Source of the DNA: Microthyrium microscopicum
Lineage: Eukaryota
Direction of reading: 5' to 3'
Length of the DNA stretch: 64,000 nucleotides
NCBI GenBank assembly: GCA_010405405.1
Contig: MU004231.1
Location: 3,894,884-3,958,883 of the forward strand
The position numbers and the translations under genes were made by a program. Below, piece after piece: positions 37,512 through 49,713 of this stretch (the stretch's first letter is position 1; each line of letters opens with the position of its first letter). Under the pieces are notes generated by a model. It did no database searches. It saw nothing but the letters and a program-made list of their open reading frames with translations, and had not been told where the DNA came from.

Positions 37512-39775
37512 ATGCCGATTCTCGATTCTGAACACAATTTCAGCAAGATATTATCTTCTACCCGCACAGTGCGATATTCATTTACAATTGCTGAACACGA
37601 TGGCACCACAAATACCTCAATGGTGAAGAGGTCTACCAATAATCCACCATGGCTTCAGTCTTATGCCTCTCTCAGCACAATCCTGGCCGTGTCACTGGCA
37701 GCTGCCAGCCTCTTTCGACTATGTCTTTGGTCTGCATGGCAAATACGCAAGACCTATTGTCTCAACAACGAGGTTCAAGGATGGTTTCGAAGACCAAATA
37801 CTACCTTCGCGCGGTGGAAGAAGCACATATCAATTGCGCCCATTTTTCGCTCCAGACATGTCTCGGGCATTGGGCTTTCATCTGAGACTGTATCCTATAG
37901 ACTCCTTCCTACTCGGCTACAGGCTTTATTCATGTTGCCTTACATTGGACTGAATCTGACTCTCATGGCATTGAGCGTCAGTTGGTCCGCAAATCGAGTC
38001 GCTATTTTGGAGCAGCTACGAATTCAGACAGGAGAGTTGGCAGTACAGAACATAGTGTTCACTTTCTTATTCATTTCGAGATCTAACCCGGTGATGTGGC
38101 TGATCAATTGTGATAGAGAAGACCTCTTATTCTTGCATATTTGGTTCGGCACTGTGGCAGTGGCTCAGTCTCTTGCTCATGGCGCTTTTTGGATTGCTGT
38201 CAAGCTTCTCACAGGTGAGAATGAAGAACTTCATATTGCAGTCTGGCTAATGCGACTCAAGGAGGGCCTCATGGACTTCAAGCTTCCAGGATAGTTTGCG
38301 AATACCTCGTAAGTTGGGCGCCCTTTAGGATCAAAAGTTCAAATCCGTGCTATCACTGATTGACCGTTTCTGTAGGCTCTTGGTGCGCTAGTTTTGTTGT
38401 TGATATCATCATGGTATCCAATACGGCGGACTTTCGTCAAAGTGTTCAAATTCTTGCACTTGGTCATGACAGTCGTCTTTCTTGTTGGTCTATATTTTCA
38501 TTTAAAGTCGACTACCTATCGTGCGTTTGTGATATCAACCATTGGTATTTGGTCTTTTGAAGTACATCAAGTCATATTGTGCATTCATTTCAAAAAGTGC
38601 TAATCCATCATCTAGAGAGCACTACGCCTATTTCGAATTCTATGGCGCAATGCTGGGAATGGAGGAACTACTGCGGTGGTGGAAAGACTTCCCGGAGAAC
38701 TCGAATTGCGTATCACGATCAGAGTTGCGCGGCCTTGTCGAGCAGTAGCTGGAACTTATGTTCGGCTCTATATTCCTTCTATCAGTTTATGGACGAGTCA
38801 CCCATTCGCAGTAGCCTGGGACAACGTTCCCTTAAAGCAAGACCTAAACTCTGGGCAGATGAGACTGAAAGAGAAGAAGAAACTACAGTATGACATCAAA
38901 AGAAAAAGGATAGCGGAAGAAGACCTTTACGGCCCACAGACAATTACTGTGCTTGTCCGACCGAGGAATGGGTTTACAGCCGAGCTTGCTCGCAAAATAA
39001 AACGCTCAAATGGGACATTGGAACTTAGTGCTTGGGTGGAAGGACCGTATACCAGTAAGTATGAGCGAAGTCTTTAATAACCACCTCATAACAACTTCCT
39101 CAGATACCAATACTTCATTCTCATCTCATGGTCACGTCATACTTGTTGCAGGTGGAATTGGCATCGCGGCACAGCTGGCCAGAATCACTGAGCTGCTCAT
39201 AGCTCGCGCCCAAGGCTTAGCAGCGGTGAGGAGAATCATACTTGTCTGGTGCGTTCGACATGAAGGTACCACACTCCTTGGACTAGATTTAAACTATGCT
39301 AATGAAATCAGGGGACGTTGAAGTGATAGACCCGTTCTTAGAAAAGCTGGCGATGAGTACAATCTGGCGCGGTATATTGGAGATGCACATTTATCTCACT
39401 GACGACGATTCAACCACACCGACGTTTTCAGGTACTTATGGAAATTATGGTACATATAACACCGCACCAAACTTTCTTAGTGGTTTCAACTTCGAAACAG
39501 AGCCTCACTATGAAGGTGAATCAACTCTGATTGACGATGGGGCCAGGAATACATTTCGCCAAAGTTTCTGCGAGGCCAGCTTAGATCTTCTCACAATTCA
39601 TCATGGACGACCAGATCTTGATCAGATGCTCGATCGAGAAATTGGACAGCAAATCGGCGCGATGATGATTAGTGTTTGCGGACCGCCGAGTATGAGTAAC
39701 GAGATGCGGACTCTGGCAAAAGACAATCAAGGCTGTGGTAATATAGACTTTGTTGAGGAACACTTTGGAATTTGA
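37512..39775 (+). CDS. Ferric-chelate reductase (FRE/NOX family), divergent
   Basis: Introns 38215-38261, 38309-38375, 38562-38615, 39055-39103, 39266-39311. Two heme His pairs, SHPF (FAD), VEGPY, AGGIGI, CGPPSM, EEHF. Start could be 37620. Confidence 0.85.
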
Positions 39776-40635
39776 TAATGGCTTCGGCTCCTTAAAGAAC
39801 ATGCTAGTGAACTCCATAGCATGATTGAACTCTATAGTATGATTGTCTGCAGGGCTGTCGAGACTTATGTCTTTGTTATCCAAGACTGAGGCTTTCTTCG
39901 CAAGCTCAAATTTCTTCTTTGTGTTATAAGTCTTCATTATGGATGATTACAATGGCTTAGTCGTGCACCCAAACATGACTCTACTGCTAACTTGATAAAG
40001 AAGTCGCCTGTTAGTATCTCTTTGCAACATACTCGCAAAACTCGGTTTTTGTGACTTTACTATACTGATAATGCCATAGATAAACCCAAAGAGATAGACG
40101 GATTCGAACATCAAATACATATAACCTTTACCATGTGCCTGTTTTATCATCATCACCTCACAAGAGGCAGAGCCTTATTCGAAAAGTACACAACCCGCTG
40201 GATCGGGTGCTTCGAACAACATTTAGGCATCTCGCATAAACTATGGGCAGAAAAAGGGTTATGAAGCGAAATAGGCCTACCAACATACGTCCAAAGAAGT
40301 GCGTTAGATTTCTTCCGGACATGATCCAGTACAACACAGTTGCTAATACTGATCAGATGGACTGGTATTATGATTCCGACCCAATGATCGGGGTCATCTA
40401 TCAGTTTGATCAAGTTGACGAAATGCAAGGCGTTGTCTTCGAGAGCGATGCCTGGGACCAGAGCGATCAGATGGTGGGAGTAGATATGTCTTCCCCAGAG
40501 TAAATCATGCTCCTGTTCTTGCGTCCACAACCAAAGACAACAATGCCTCCCTCTCGACGGACTTCACCTCATCGCGGTGAGAGGGTCTAGTAGTCTACGG
40601 ACAAAGCTAAGATTAGTCCACCCTCATCTGGCACA

Positions 40636-40884
40636 GAGAATAGGTTTATGCTTTCCTTGATAAAAGCGAAGTTCACTACAGAACGACTCTTATTTTAGGA
40701 GAATAGGTTTATGCTTTCCTTGATAAAAGCAAAGTTCACTACAGAACGACTCTTATTTTAGGAGAATAGGTTTATGCTTTCCTTGCTAAAAGCAAAGTTC
40801 GCTATAGAACGACTCTCTGCCAGAGAGGGGAAATAGGTTTATGATTTTCTTGATAAGAGCACCATTCAATATATAACGACTCTT
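40636..40884. repeat. 63-bp tandem minisatellite, 4 copies with increasing divergence
   Basis: Units at 40636, 40699, 40762 and about 40829; consensus gagaataggtttatgctttccttgataaaagcaaagttcactacagaacgactcttattttag. Confidence 0.92.
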
Positions 40885-41594
40885 TTCTAAAATAGAGAGT
40901 ATTCTTCAAGTTGCAATGACAAAGGCAACTTAAATTCGAATTTGATAACTATCATTTCCAGATCTAAAACAATATTGTGAGTATAACCAGTGAATTCCCT
41001 CTATATTCTTCAGGAGTCAGAGAGAGAGTTTGATTACCTGTTGTAACATTCAACGTTGAGCTGTTTAACGTACTAGTGATCTGTTCCTTTCTGCTCTTAT
41101 GGCAAACCCAAATGAAGGTTACACAAGACTTTCGGCTTTAAAGTACAGGACTGAAGTTGACACGCGCTTCGAAAATCATATGGTCTTCTCATGACGATGT
41201 TTATCCTTACGCTCTAGGATGCCATTGAGAGGAAATCGCCGCGGTATTGATCGTAGGAGGAGCACAGTGGCCATTTCAACCCCGTTCCCTTTGTATCGGT
41301 TTTCTTTAAGACTTTGTTGACTTTGATCAAAGAAACACTCACATTCTTTTATGGCACGCTTCGAAAGAACCATATTGTAACTATTTCAGGGCTTTGTTAT
41401 TGCTGTAGCGATGTAGACAATGCTTTGATTAAGCGAAAGCATTGAAACTATGCCTTACTTATTGAGTTCTCTATCTCTACGTGATAACCGGCTTTTCAGA
41501 TCAAACGCTTGCTAGGAATCAAAGTTCACGCAAAGTATCAACCCAACAATTTGGACAATTTACGTGACTTCCATTTTCTACTACCATATACACC

Positions 41595-43475
41595 ATGTCC
41601 AACCCTTACAACACATCGGCAGCCCGAGGAGGTTTTGGGATTACTGAAGAACAGACTGCTGATGCAGAAAGAACAGGTACCGCACGAATTGCAGGAAGAA
41701 TTCCAAATCAGCCTGGTACTTTCAGCTTGGTTGACGTCCCCGTCGCAGCCGACGAGCCTCCTGATTATGTGCCCCTAGGCTCCGAAACATCAGAAATCAA
41801 TGGCTTCCGTATTGATAACGAGTTCTTGGCAGGTCAAGAAGCCATGAATCTTGTAAGTACTGCCATAGCTAGACGTGAAGCTGGCCAAGTTCCACACGAT
41901 GCCACAGGGCATGCCTATTCATCCTCAGAACCAAGTGATGGCTCCTCATCTAGCTCCGTTGCGTCTTCCGGGTCGCGAGATCTTGACGGCCGACCACGTC
42001 AACAATATGGAGAGGGCATCTTCTCAAGAGAGCTGATGAACTACGGAAATGAAGCTCAAGAACCACGTCCAGTGACTCCCCCTGCTAATCCAATGCATGT
42101 TGACAACCATCGAATGTTGCAAGATCAGATTCTAGGCGCTGTGCGCGCGGCCGGCCACTTGTTCCGACGCCTTGAAGGAACCAATCTACGCTATGACGTT
42201 GGTCGACTCAACGGGGCGATTATAGCTCTCGGCCATGAAGAAATGAACAGAAGATGTGCAAGAGGCCTTACAGACGAGATCGCTGTGCCTTTACTAACAG
42301 CTGCAATCCGTCTCTCCATTGAAGTAATGATGAGAGTTCAGACTGAGCTGGCAAAAGGCGATAGGGAGCTCTTCAATCTCGCCAGCTCAGTCTGGGCTTG
42401 GCTAGAACAGATACAGGTTACCCACACCATCATGCAGACCAAAGGAAACTACATTCACTCTATATATGAACGCCACTTAGCGACTGGGATGGACGCGCCA
42501 AATATTACGCGCTATACTCATCGTCAAATTGCGTATGAGCACTCATCATCATCCTGGTCTGATAGTCAGAAAACTCCATCTCTTACTCGCTCTAGCTCTC
42601 TGATATCATCTAGCTCTCGGACATCATCATCTGATGCTCTCCCAGGCGATGATGACGAGGAGCCTCTCTTTGTGCCGTTGGCCAACGGATTCAACGGCAT
42701 TGGCGAAGCCGAGATTTCCGATGCCCAGGAAGCAGCCGTTACGGCAGGCGTTGCGTTTATTCAAGAAAGATTAGCAGAACATGCAGCTGGTAATCGCGCC
42801 AGTCGAGAGGAAGTTGAGCGCTGGGAGCTTGAACAGGCAGCAAATCGCAGTCTAACACGGGCTGAAAACGCGAATTCAGACTATGGTCTCCCAGAGGACG
42901 AATATGTCATTTTGCACAGCGCATCATCTAGACGTATTGACGAAGATATGGACATGACACCAGCGCCACCACTTGTTAACTTTGGACGCCTTTCATCGCC
43001 TGATGATATTGAGATGCCGGACGCACCTGGCCAGGACGATATACCTGACATGTCTGACTATAGATCTTCTAGTCCTCTGCAATGTGTCCCTTGTGGCTCT
43101 AGTCCTCCTTCTAACTCGGACGACATACCTGACATGACTGACTATGCAAGCTCTAGTCCCCTTCCCTCTAGTCCCCCCTCTAGTCCTCCACTCCACGTCG
43201 TCGCCCATGGCGTAGTCCTCCCGCCCGGTATGACTGCTGAGCACTTTGAGCAGCTTAGGCAGGGAGCTCTCCGTCGTGCTCGTGAGGCGATCCGCCGTAG
43301 GTACGAAGCTCGCCCGGCTACACCGTTTGATGTTGAGGGATTTATGGACCAACATACCATCTTGAACAGTGTGATTTTGGACCGGCGTTTGGCTAGATTG
43401 GCTCGTGAAGTGGTGGGTCGTCGCAAATTTGAGCGAGACCGTTATGCGGATGCCTTGGAGGATTACGTGGATTGA
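41595..43475 (+). CDS. Hypothetical orphan protein (626 aa, intronless)
   Basis: Long ORF with a helical core, acidic/Ser-rich linkers and a duplicated DDIPDM(S/T)DYxSSSPL. Confidence 0.75.
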   Translation: MSNPYNTSAARGGFGITEEQTADAERTGTARIAGRIPNQPGTFSLVDVPVAADEPPDYVPLGSETSEINGFRIDNEFLAGQEAMNLVSTAIARREAGQVPHDATGHAYSSSEPSDGSSSSSVASSGSRDLDGRPRQQYGEGIFSRELMNYGNEAQEPRPVTPPANPMHVDNHRMLQDQILGAVRAAGHLFRRLEGTNLRYDVGRLNGAIIALGHEEMNRRCARGLTDEIAVPLLTAAIRLSIEVMMRVQTELAKGDRELFNLASSVWAWLEQIQVTHTIMQTKGNYIHSIYERHLATGMDAPNITRYTHRQIAYEHSSSSWSDSQKTPSLTRSSSLISSSSRTSSSDALPGDDDEEPLFVPLANGFNGIGEAEISDAQEAAVTAGVAFIQERLAEHAAGNRASREEVERWELEQAANRSLTRAENANSDYGLPEDEYVILHSASSRRIDEDMDMTPAPPLVNFGRLSSPDDIEMPDAPGQDDIPDMSDYRSSSPLQCVPCGSSPPSNSDDIPDMTDYASSSPLPSSPPSSPPLHVVAHGVVLPPGMTAEHFEQLRQGALRRAREAIRRRYEARPATPFDVEGFMDQHTILNSVILDRRLARLAREVVGRRKFERDRYADALEDYVD

Positions 43476-44170
43476 GGAGGAGGGCTGATCATGAAATGCC
43501 TGACATACTTCTTGGTGTAAAGATCGAAGCGCTGAATACTGTCTCTGAACAATATAAAAGGTAAGTATCAAGTTTGTTAACAGCTTGCAAGAATGAATTA
43601 AGATAGGAGAGTTGACTCACCTTCAGTACAATAATATCATGCTCTTCATACAAATTGTGCCATGATAGTGACATTGACATCCTAGGAATAACAGAATAAG
43701 TGGCGCGCTCCATTAAGAGCGATGGCGACTATCTGCTACGCTTTAGTATCAAGTGCTTTATTTGCCATAGAGGACGTTCAGAATTTGACTTTTTATCGTT
43801 TGCAATGGCAAGTATAGCACCTCAGAATGAAAGCTGCCGTTGGGAGTCGTTACCATTGATGTGAGGACGCGATTCAATTTGTCGAGCGATTGAAATCAAC
43901 CATCCCTTGATATCCCACAACCCCGAGACAATCTGCCTAACAAAAACCCCTCTTGGGAGCCAACCTTCAGCTCCCAGACCAAACCCCCTTTGTAGCCCGT
44001 TTGTCTGTACAACCATCCAATAAGTTTTGATATACCCACTGGTCTCGTCCCCACCAGCCAAGCTCTCACAGCATCAGTCGTTTCCTGAACCCCATCCTCC
44101 CAATAGCTCAGTCATTGTACAGGCCACTCAATATTAAACACACTCATTTAGCAACACAGACACCAAAGCA

Positions 44171-44849
44171 ATGCCATACTCACTCGCCTCCTCAACCGCA
44201 ACTCTCGTCCGCGGCACGTTCCATCTCTCCGTGCCTCGCGCACGCGGCCAAGCTCGATTCTGGACCAAGATATTTGCCTTTTGGACTATCGCGCTGGTCA
44301 TCACGAACGTGCTTTTCTTTCTCACCTACGCGACAGTCTCCTTCTTCCACGCAGCCAACGTGAATGCGCTACGAGCGTTTCTGGGCGCTGTGGTGATTTG
44401 GTGCTGGCTGGGCATGGCGCTGGGGATGTGTGCATGTGCAGGCATGTGTGTAGGAGCTGGGGGACTAGGCTGTGGATGTTGTCGGCGGGTACGTTGGCAC
44501 TATAGACCACGAGTATGAAGCTAATGAGGAGTGCCAGCGAAAAGAGCAAATGGTAGATACTTTACCGCCACCAGTGCCGCAACATATGGCGAGCGTACAA
44601 GCATCTCAAGGCCATAGACGCTGGACTGCGTACGTATATTTTCCTACGCTCAGCCACGGGGACTAACAGCTCACCAGGCCATCACTGAACCGTCAGAACA
44701 TACCGCCGCCGTTGCAGACACCAATCTACGATAGTTTCGCGCAGGCAACAAGAGCACAAGGACCGCCGATGCAGAATGCTAGATGGTCTGGACCTGGGCC
44801 AATGGTCGATGAGGTGTTGTCGCCTCTCTGGGATCATGTGAGGAATTGA
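44171..44849 (+). CDS. Small 2-TM protein with Cys-rich juxtamembrane segment
   Basis: Exons 44171-44488, 44538-44629, 44678-44849; GTACGT donors, CTAAT/CTAAC branch sites, all in phase. Confidence 0.7.
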
Positions 44850-45659
44850 CGGGGCAGTGAAGCTCGGAGTGGTGAATTGAACATTATTCTGGGTGTTATT
44901 GAGGTGGAAAAATGAATATAGGTTCTCAGGACTGCATTTGGCGTCCAAGATTATACAAATCCCATGCTTTTTCTAGTCCCAGCGTCTACTGCAAATACAG
45001 TTATTGTGAGTCAAGTTACGCGTCTTCATACGGCCATCGTGATCACAATCTCGATCAAATGCAGGGTAAACCACGCATCTCTTCAAACGGATTCATCATG
45101 AGCCGCCCTCACGATGCCTGGCGACGAGAACGGTTTACAGGTCCAATGGCCTTGAGACGATAGAGATGTTTCGTCATAAGAGCAGGGGAGAAGCAGCTAT
45201 AAGGCTAATTCAAAACCACAAGACGCGAACCGGTCATACAGAGAAAAGCCAATGGGAGTACAGCGTCAAAGTTTCGCGATTGGGAAGAAACGAAATAGGA
45301 AATGGGAAGTCCAGAGTTCAGACTGAGGAGACGAGAATGCATGTGCATTTTATCCAGAAGGTGACCCGTTGAATGCGCCTCTTACGTCGCACTTAGCGCT
45401 TACTTCGATCGTTTGTGCAGGTGGCAGGAATTACTCGATAGCAGTAGATGACGTTTTAGAAGACATATTCACTCTAATCAGACTTCGAAACGGGCCTTTT
45501 TATCCGTCAAGATCGACCTGGGATCAAATAGTAGCATTGGACGGACATGGCAAGTCTAATTTCCAACTTTCGGCTCAGCACTAAGAGGTCGAGAGAGAAT
45601 AGGTAGGCGGTCTCATTTACTGTACATTCATGACGAAGATGTACTTACTGGTGCAATAG

Positions 45660-46510
45660 GTTATCATGTCTCCCAGCAGAGATACTAATCGGAATATTCA
45701 CCCAACTACCAAGCATCTCAGATGTGATATCCCTCGCTGGTACTAGTCGACGCCTACGGCATTTATATAGCGACAATGCAAAGCCAATATACGCAGCAGT
45801 TGGTCCGCGGTCCTTTGTCTTTGAGCAAAGAGCTAGACAGTTGGTCGTTGATGGAGGCGGCCCTGGGCTTAACGAGGGCATCTCTTTGTTCTATCTCGCA
45901 TCCATGGGTCGCAATTGGCAGATAATCAAGAGAGCCATGGATGAATTCGAGGTTCAGATGAAAGAAAACATTAAGAGTAAGCTGTTTCCCTCGAAGTATC
46001 GTTAGATCTCCGAGTCTAACTAAACTCCAAGGCTGGAAATTTGGACCCATTGGTCCAGTAGGACACACTCCACGGCCAACTCCCCATCTTACTCGGAGAG
46101 AAAAGCGCCGCTTTGTACGGTCCTACTACACTCTCTGGTCATTGATGCGGATTGTACCTGAATCCTGGGATGCTCGTTTGAAGTTATTGTCCTTTAGAGA
46201 TCTATACTATGTACATGAGCTGTGCCGGTTACCGCAGTCGATAGGTAGGGAGGAGTATCGACCATCTTCCCAGAAGCGTGAGCAGTTACGCAATGTGTTT
46301 TGGGAGCATATCAGAGAACGACACCTGACTATACACGGGAAAGAGGTCGTTGGGAGGGGACCATTGTATAGATTCCCGTATGGACGGTTTTGGGACCATT
46401 GGCAGTTTTTATTGCGGATGCACGTTTGTGGGTATACAAATGGCAGTCCTTGTACTTTAGTCAAACCGGAATTATGGGATATGAGTGATGACGAGGTAGA
46501 GATAGAATGA
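45660..46510 (+). CDS. F-box protein (5' end unresolved)
   Basis: LSCLPAEILIGIFTQLPSISDVISLAGTSRRLRHL. Intron 45977-46031 joins to LTRREKRRFVRSYYTLW and ORF 46142-46510. Confidence 0.65.
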
Positions 46511-47073
46511 GAATGGTACAAATGAAGCGCTGGATGGCGTCAATATAATCCCATGGTTCCAAATGGATAAACTGCATGGTGTATCTCCCTTCTGATCAAT
46601 GATATGGTAGACTAAGCCTCAATTGAGCCGCATGAAGTGCAGACGGTCAATGGAAGAGAATTGAATGACGATGCAAGATCGAATGGCCTAGAGGCTCAAC
46701 AAGGTGAAGCCGCAATGAAACAGGACCGGGAACAGGCTCAAGTAGAGGTGATTAAGCAGGCGGTTCGGGATTGATGAAGAACCAGTGAACACGAGCAAGG
46801 CACGGTGAACTTGACGCTGCAGGTCTTGGACGTGTTTTTGGGCAAAAGGCCAGGCTTGAGCCTCTTGAGCGTGTTCTGGCAGGGAATGAGATGGCTTTTG
46901 AAATGCACGACGCGGTAGATCTGGGGGCACAAGACGCGAGGGAGTCTGTCACCATGCAGCGACCTTGCAGCATCTCGCGATGGTGTAAGTAGAATAGAGG
47001 CACTGAGAGCCAATGGACCCGCCAATTGCCAGGGAAAGACTGGTGGGGGAGATGACTAGCGCAGTAGAGAGAC

Positions 47074-47116
47074 CGCGTTCGTGCCATTTTCGTTCTTCGC
47101 GGTCGCGTTCTTGCCA
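47074..47116. promoter_or_regulatory. Paired MCB-like (ACGCG) elements upstream of the Acm1-like gene
   Basis: cgcgttcgtgcca at 47074 and cgcgttcttgcca at 47104; further ACGCG cores near 46910 and 46934. Confidence 0.3.
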
Positions 47117-47571
47117 AGACGCTAAACCTAGCAGAACCTGGCAGGCTCGACTCTCAAATACCCAGATCGTGCCTGCTTCTTTGCCTCATTTCCTCCTTCT
47201 TCAAGCTTCACATCTTCAATCGTTCTTTTTCTATCTTGCCCTGTGTCTGACTTCTTCTGGAAAGAGCGAGACGGTATTTCTAAGGCTTCATCCATTGCTC
47301 CTGCCTACCTTCATCCGCAATTCGAGCTGACCTCCCGGCTGCTGCTGCCCTCACTACCTAAACTCCTCGCTCCTGATTGGTCGAGGCTCTCTGTTTACCT
47401 CAACACCACGTTTAGCAACTTCTTCACGTCCATAACGCCTCACCTCGAGATCCCTATACAAACAAACTCTCCCCATTCAAACTCACTCCCAGACAGTCAC
47501 TGTGACTAGCTCCAAGCTCCAAGCTCCAGATTTCCCTACATTAGCCTTTTCAATATTTACCATCTGCTAAA

Positions 47572-48796
47572 ATGGCTCTCCTTACTCCCCGTCAGCCCTT
47601 CGCTGTTCTTGATGAATCTCGCCTGCAATCTCTAAGCTCCACCAAAAATCGTCAAAACAACAGTAAGATACAGGAGCCCCTTTCTGTGAGGAGCTGTATA
47701 TATTAACCCTGTGGCAGTTTCCAACCAGCTTCAATCATTTAAAGCTCCTGCTAGCGCTCCGGCTAAACGCCGTCTGGCTTCGGATTTACTTTCTGACGAA
47801 TTTGATCTTGAAAACATGGATCCCAATATTCTCTCACCAAAGCGTTCAAAAAATCTTGACGGCGGCCACATCAAAGTGTCAAAATTCATCCTAAAAGACG
47901 CAACTCCAAAAACTGCTCCTGCGCTCAACCCGTCATCAAAGCGCAAAGCAGAATCTTATTCAGTTCCTACTTCTACTGCATCATCGCCACTTTTTGCAAC
48001 TCGCGGATCCACTCAGAACAAGCGAATTAGCCTCTTGTCCGGCAAACGACGCTCATTAACTCCATACCGCCGTCTTGATCCTCCAAACAAAGGATCTGCG
48101 CTGCCATTTTCAATCGACGCAGCCCTTAGTGGAACAATTTCTTCGTATACACCACCTGCCGCCACTACGCTGGCTTCACCACCATCACCTGAGGTTCCAA
48201 TCACCTCCCTGTTCACCAAAAAGCAAAAGACCGCACCTTCCACTTGGTTCTTTGAGATTCACGAAGATACTCCTGAACAAGAAGCTACCAATCTCATGGA
48301 GCACTCTGCCTCTGTTCTGGACATTAGCTCCGACGACGACTCTGGCTCTGCTCGTGCCAAAGATCTACTTGAGCGTGGAAAGGAGAACGTGCCGCCGCCA
48401 GAGTGGACTGGCCCAACTACACGTGTCCGTGCAAGTGAACGTGTTGCGCACAAGGGTATCTCGTGTCCCGTCAAGGCCGCCAAGTATGCTGCTATGCATG
48501 GTCCAGATGCTATGGTCGAAGACCGACTAGCCCTTCGCGAGATGGATGTTGCCGCCTTCTTTGCCGAAGATGTTGATGAGAATGAAGCGACCGAGCCTGT
48601 TGAAGAGGAGGGTTCCCAACAACGTCCTCGTGCAGACTCACTTGAGGTGGCCAAAGATGTAGTGCAGCTACTTGCCAATCCATCAGTTGCGCCAAGTACC
48701 GACGGTCCACAGGCAGCTCCCTTTGTCATTCGGGAGGATACTCCAGAAGCCGCCGCCGCCGCTTCTACATCTGCTACAGAACCTGCCACCATATAG
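47572..48796 (+). CDS. Fungal protein with ABBA, KEN and D-box motifs; candidate Acm1-like APC/C inhibitor
   Basis: Exons 47572-47662 and 47718-48796. RQPFAVLD, FEIHEDT, KENVPP, RLALREM and many S/T-P sites. Confidence 0.8.
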
Positions 48797-49713
48797 ACGC
48801 ACACCATCCACCCATCCACCCATCACGCCCACTTACCTCTATCATCACCCCCCCTCCTTACCAAAAACGTTTCCAACTCTCGAGGTTTACTGCTTTCACG
48901 GCGTTGCAAGATATCCATTGGACAGGCGTTTACTCTTATCGTACTTTTGTACAGTTCTGTTGCGAACAACCAACACTACCCGTCATTATTACATGTGTAC
49001 CAACACTGTACAGCAACAACTTTTCCAGTCTAATACATCCTCATCCCCTAATGGAAGACGTTCACACAATAGATAAGGGGAAGGATGTTAGCTTTGCTTC
49101 TTGTTTGCCTCAATCACGGACGTTGAGTCATCTTGTATGTTGGACCCTAGGAGGGTTCAGATCTGTAATAATACCCATGATAGTTACGGCGTATGTCTGA
49201 TGTTTGCTGAATGAATGTTCCTATATTCAATGCTTGTTGCCTTGCCTGTAATGTGATACGGTATTCTAGTGGTGATTAAACGCAATCTAGCTCAAGGTTT
49301 GTACCGTACTTCCTCCTTTCTCTTGTTCAATACGATTAATCTTCAGCTGCCTTTGTGTCCTACCTACATCTCGCAGTTAATATTAACCACCTGTACATGT
49401 CCACACCCCTATCGAGGATTCGTACTGTTAGAAGCAGCAAAAGTTGCGCTTGTAGTGCCAGTAGCAGCAAGCGATGGTGGCACTAGAGATAAGTTTAGTA
49501 GTAGTTACAACTCCGGTACTCGCTAACCTCAACTATGGTTCACACAGCATGACCATCGCCATTTCATGGTCCAGGACATCACTTCTGTACTTTCATGGTA
49601 TATAGTCTTTCGCTCCCCCCGTTCGTGTACTTGATTTGCAATCATCTCAACAGAACAAACGCATTACCCATTATAGAACCAACGACTTACCGTTGAAGCA
49701 GTCACATACCACC

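Noticed and set aside
40636..40884. CRISPR-like array, or bacterial Shine-Dalgarno (AGGAG) before the unit ATGs
   Set aside because: Units are contiguous with no unique spacers, there are no cas genes, and the context is eukaryotic; AGGAG is probably coincidental.
45369..45659. Upstream exons for the first F-box gene (GC-AG intron 45550-45602, 38-nt intron 45622-45659)
   Set aside because: Phases fit, but I found no in-frame ATG and one intron is very short; left unresolved.
46688..47509. Several 80-120 aa ORFs on both strands
   Set aside because: No coding signature; more likely promoter/5' UTR of the 47572 gene.
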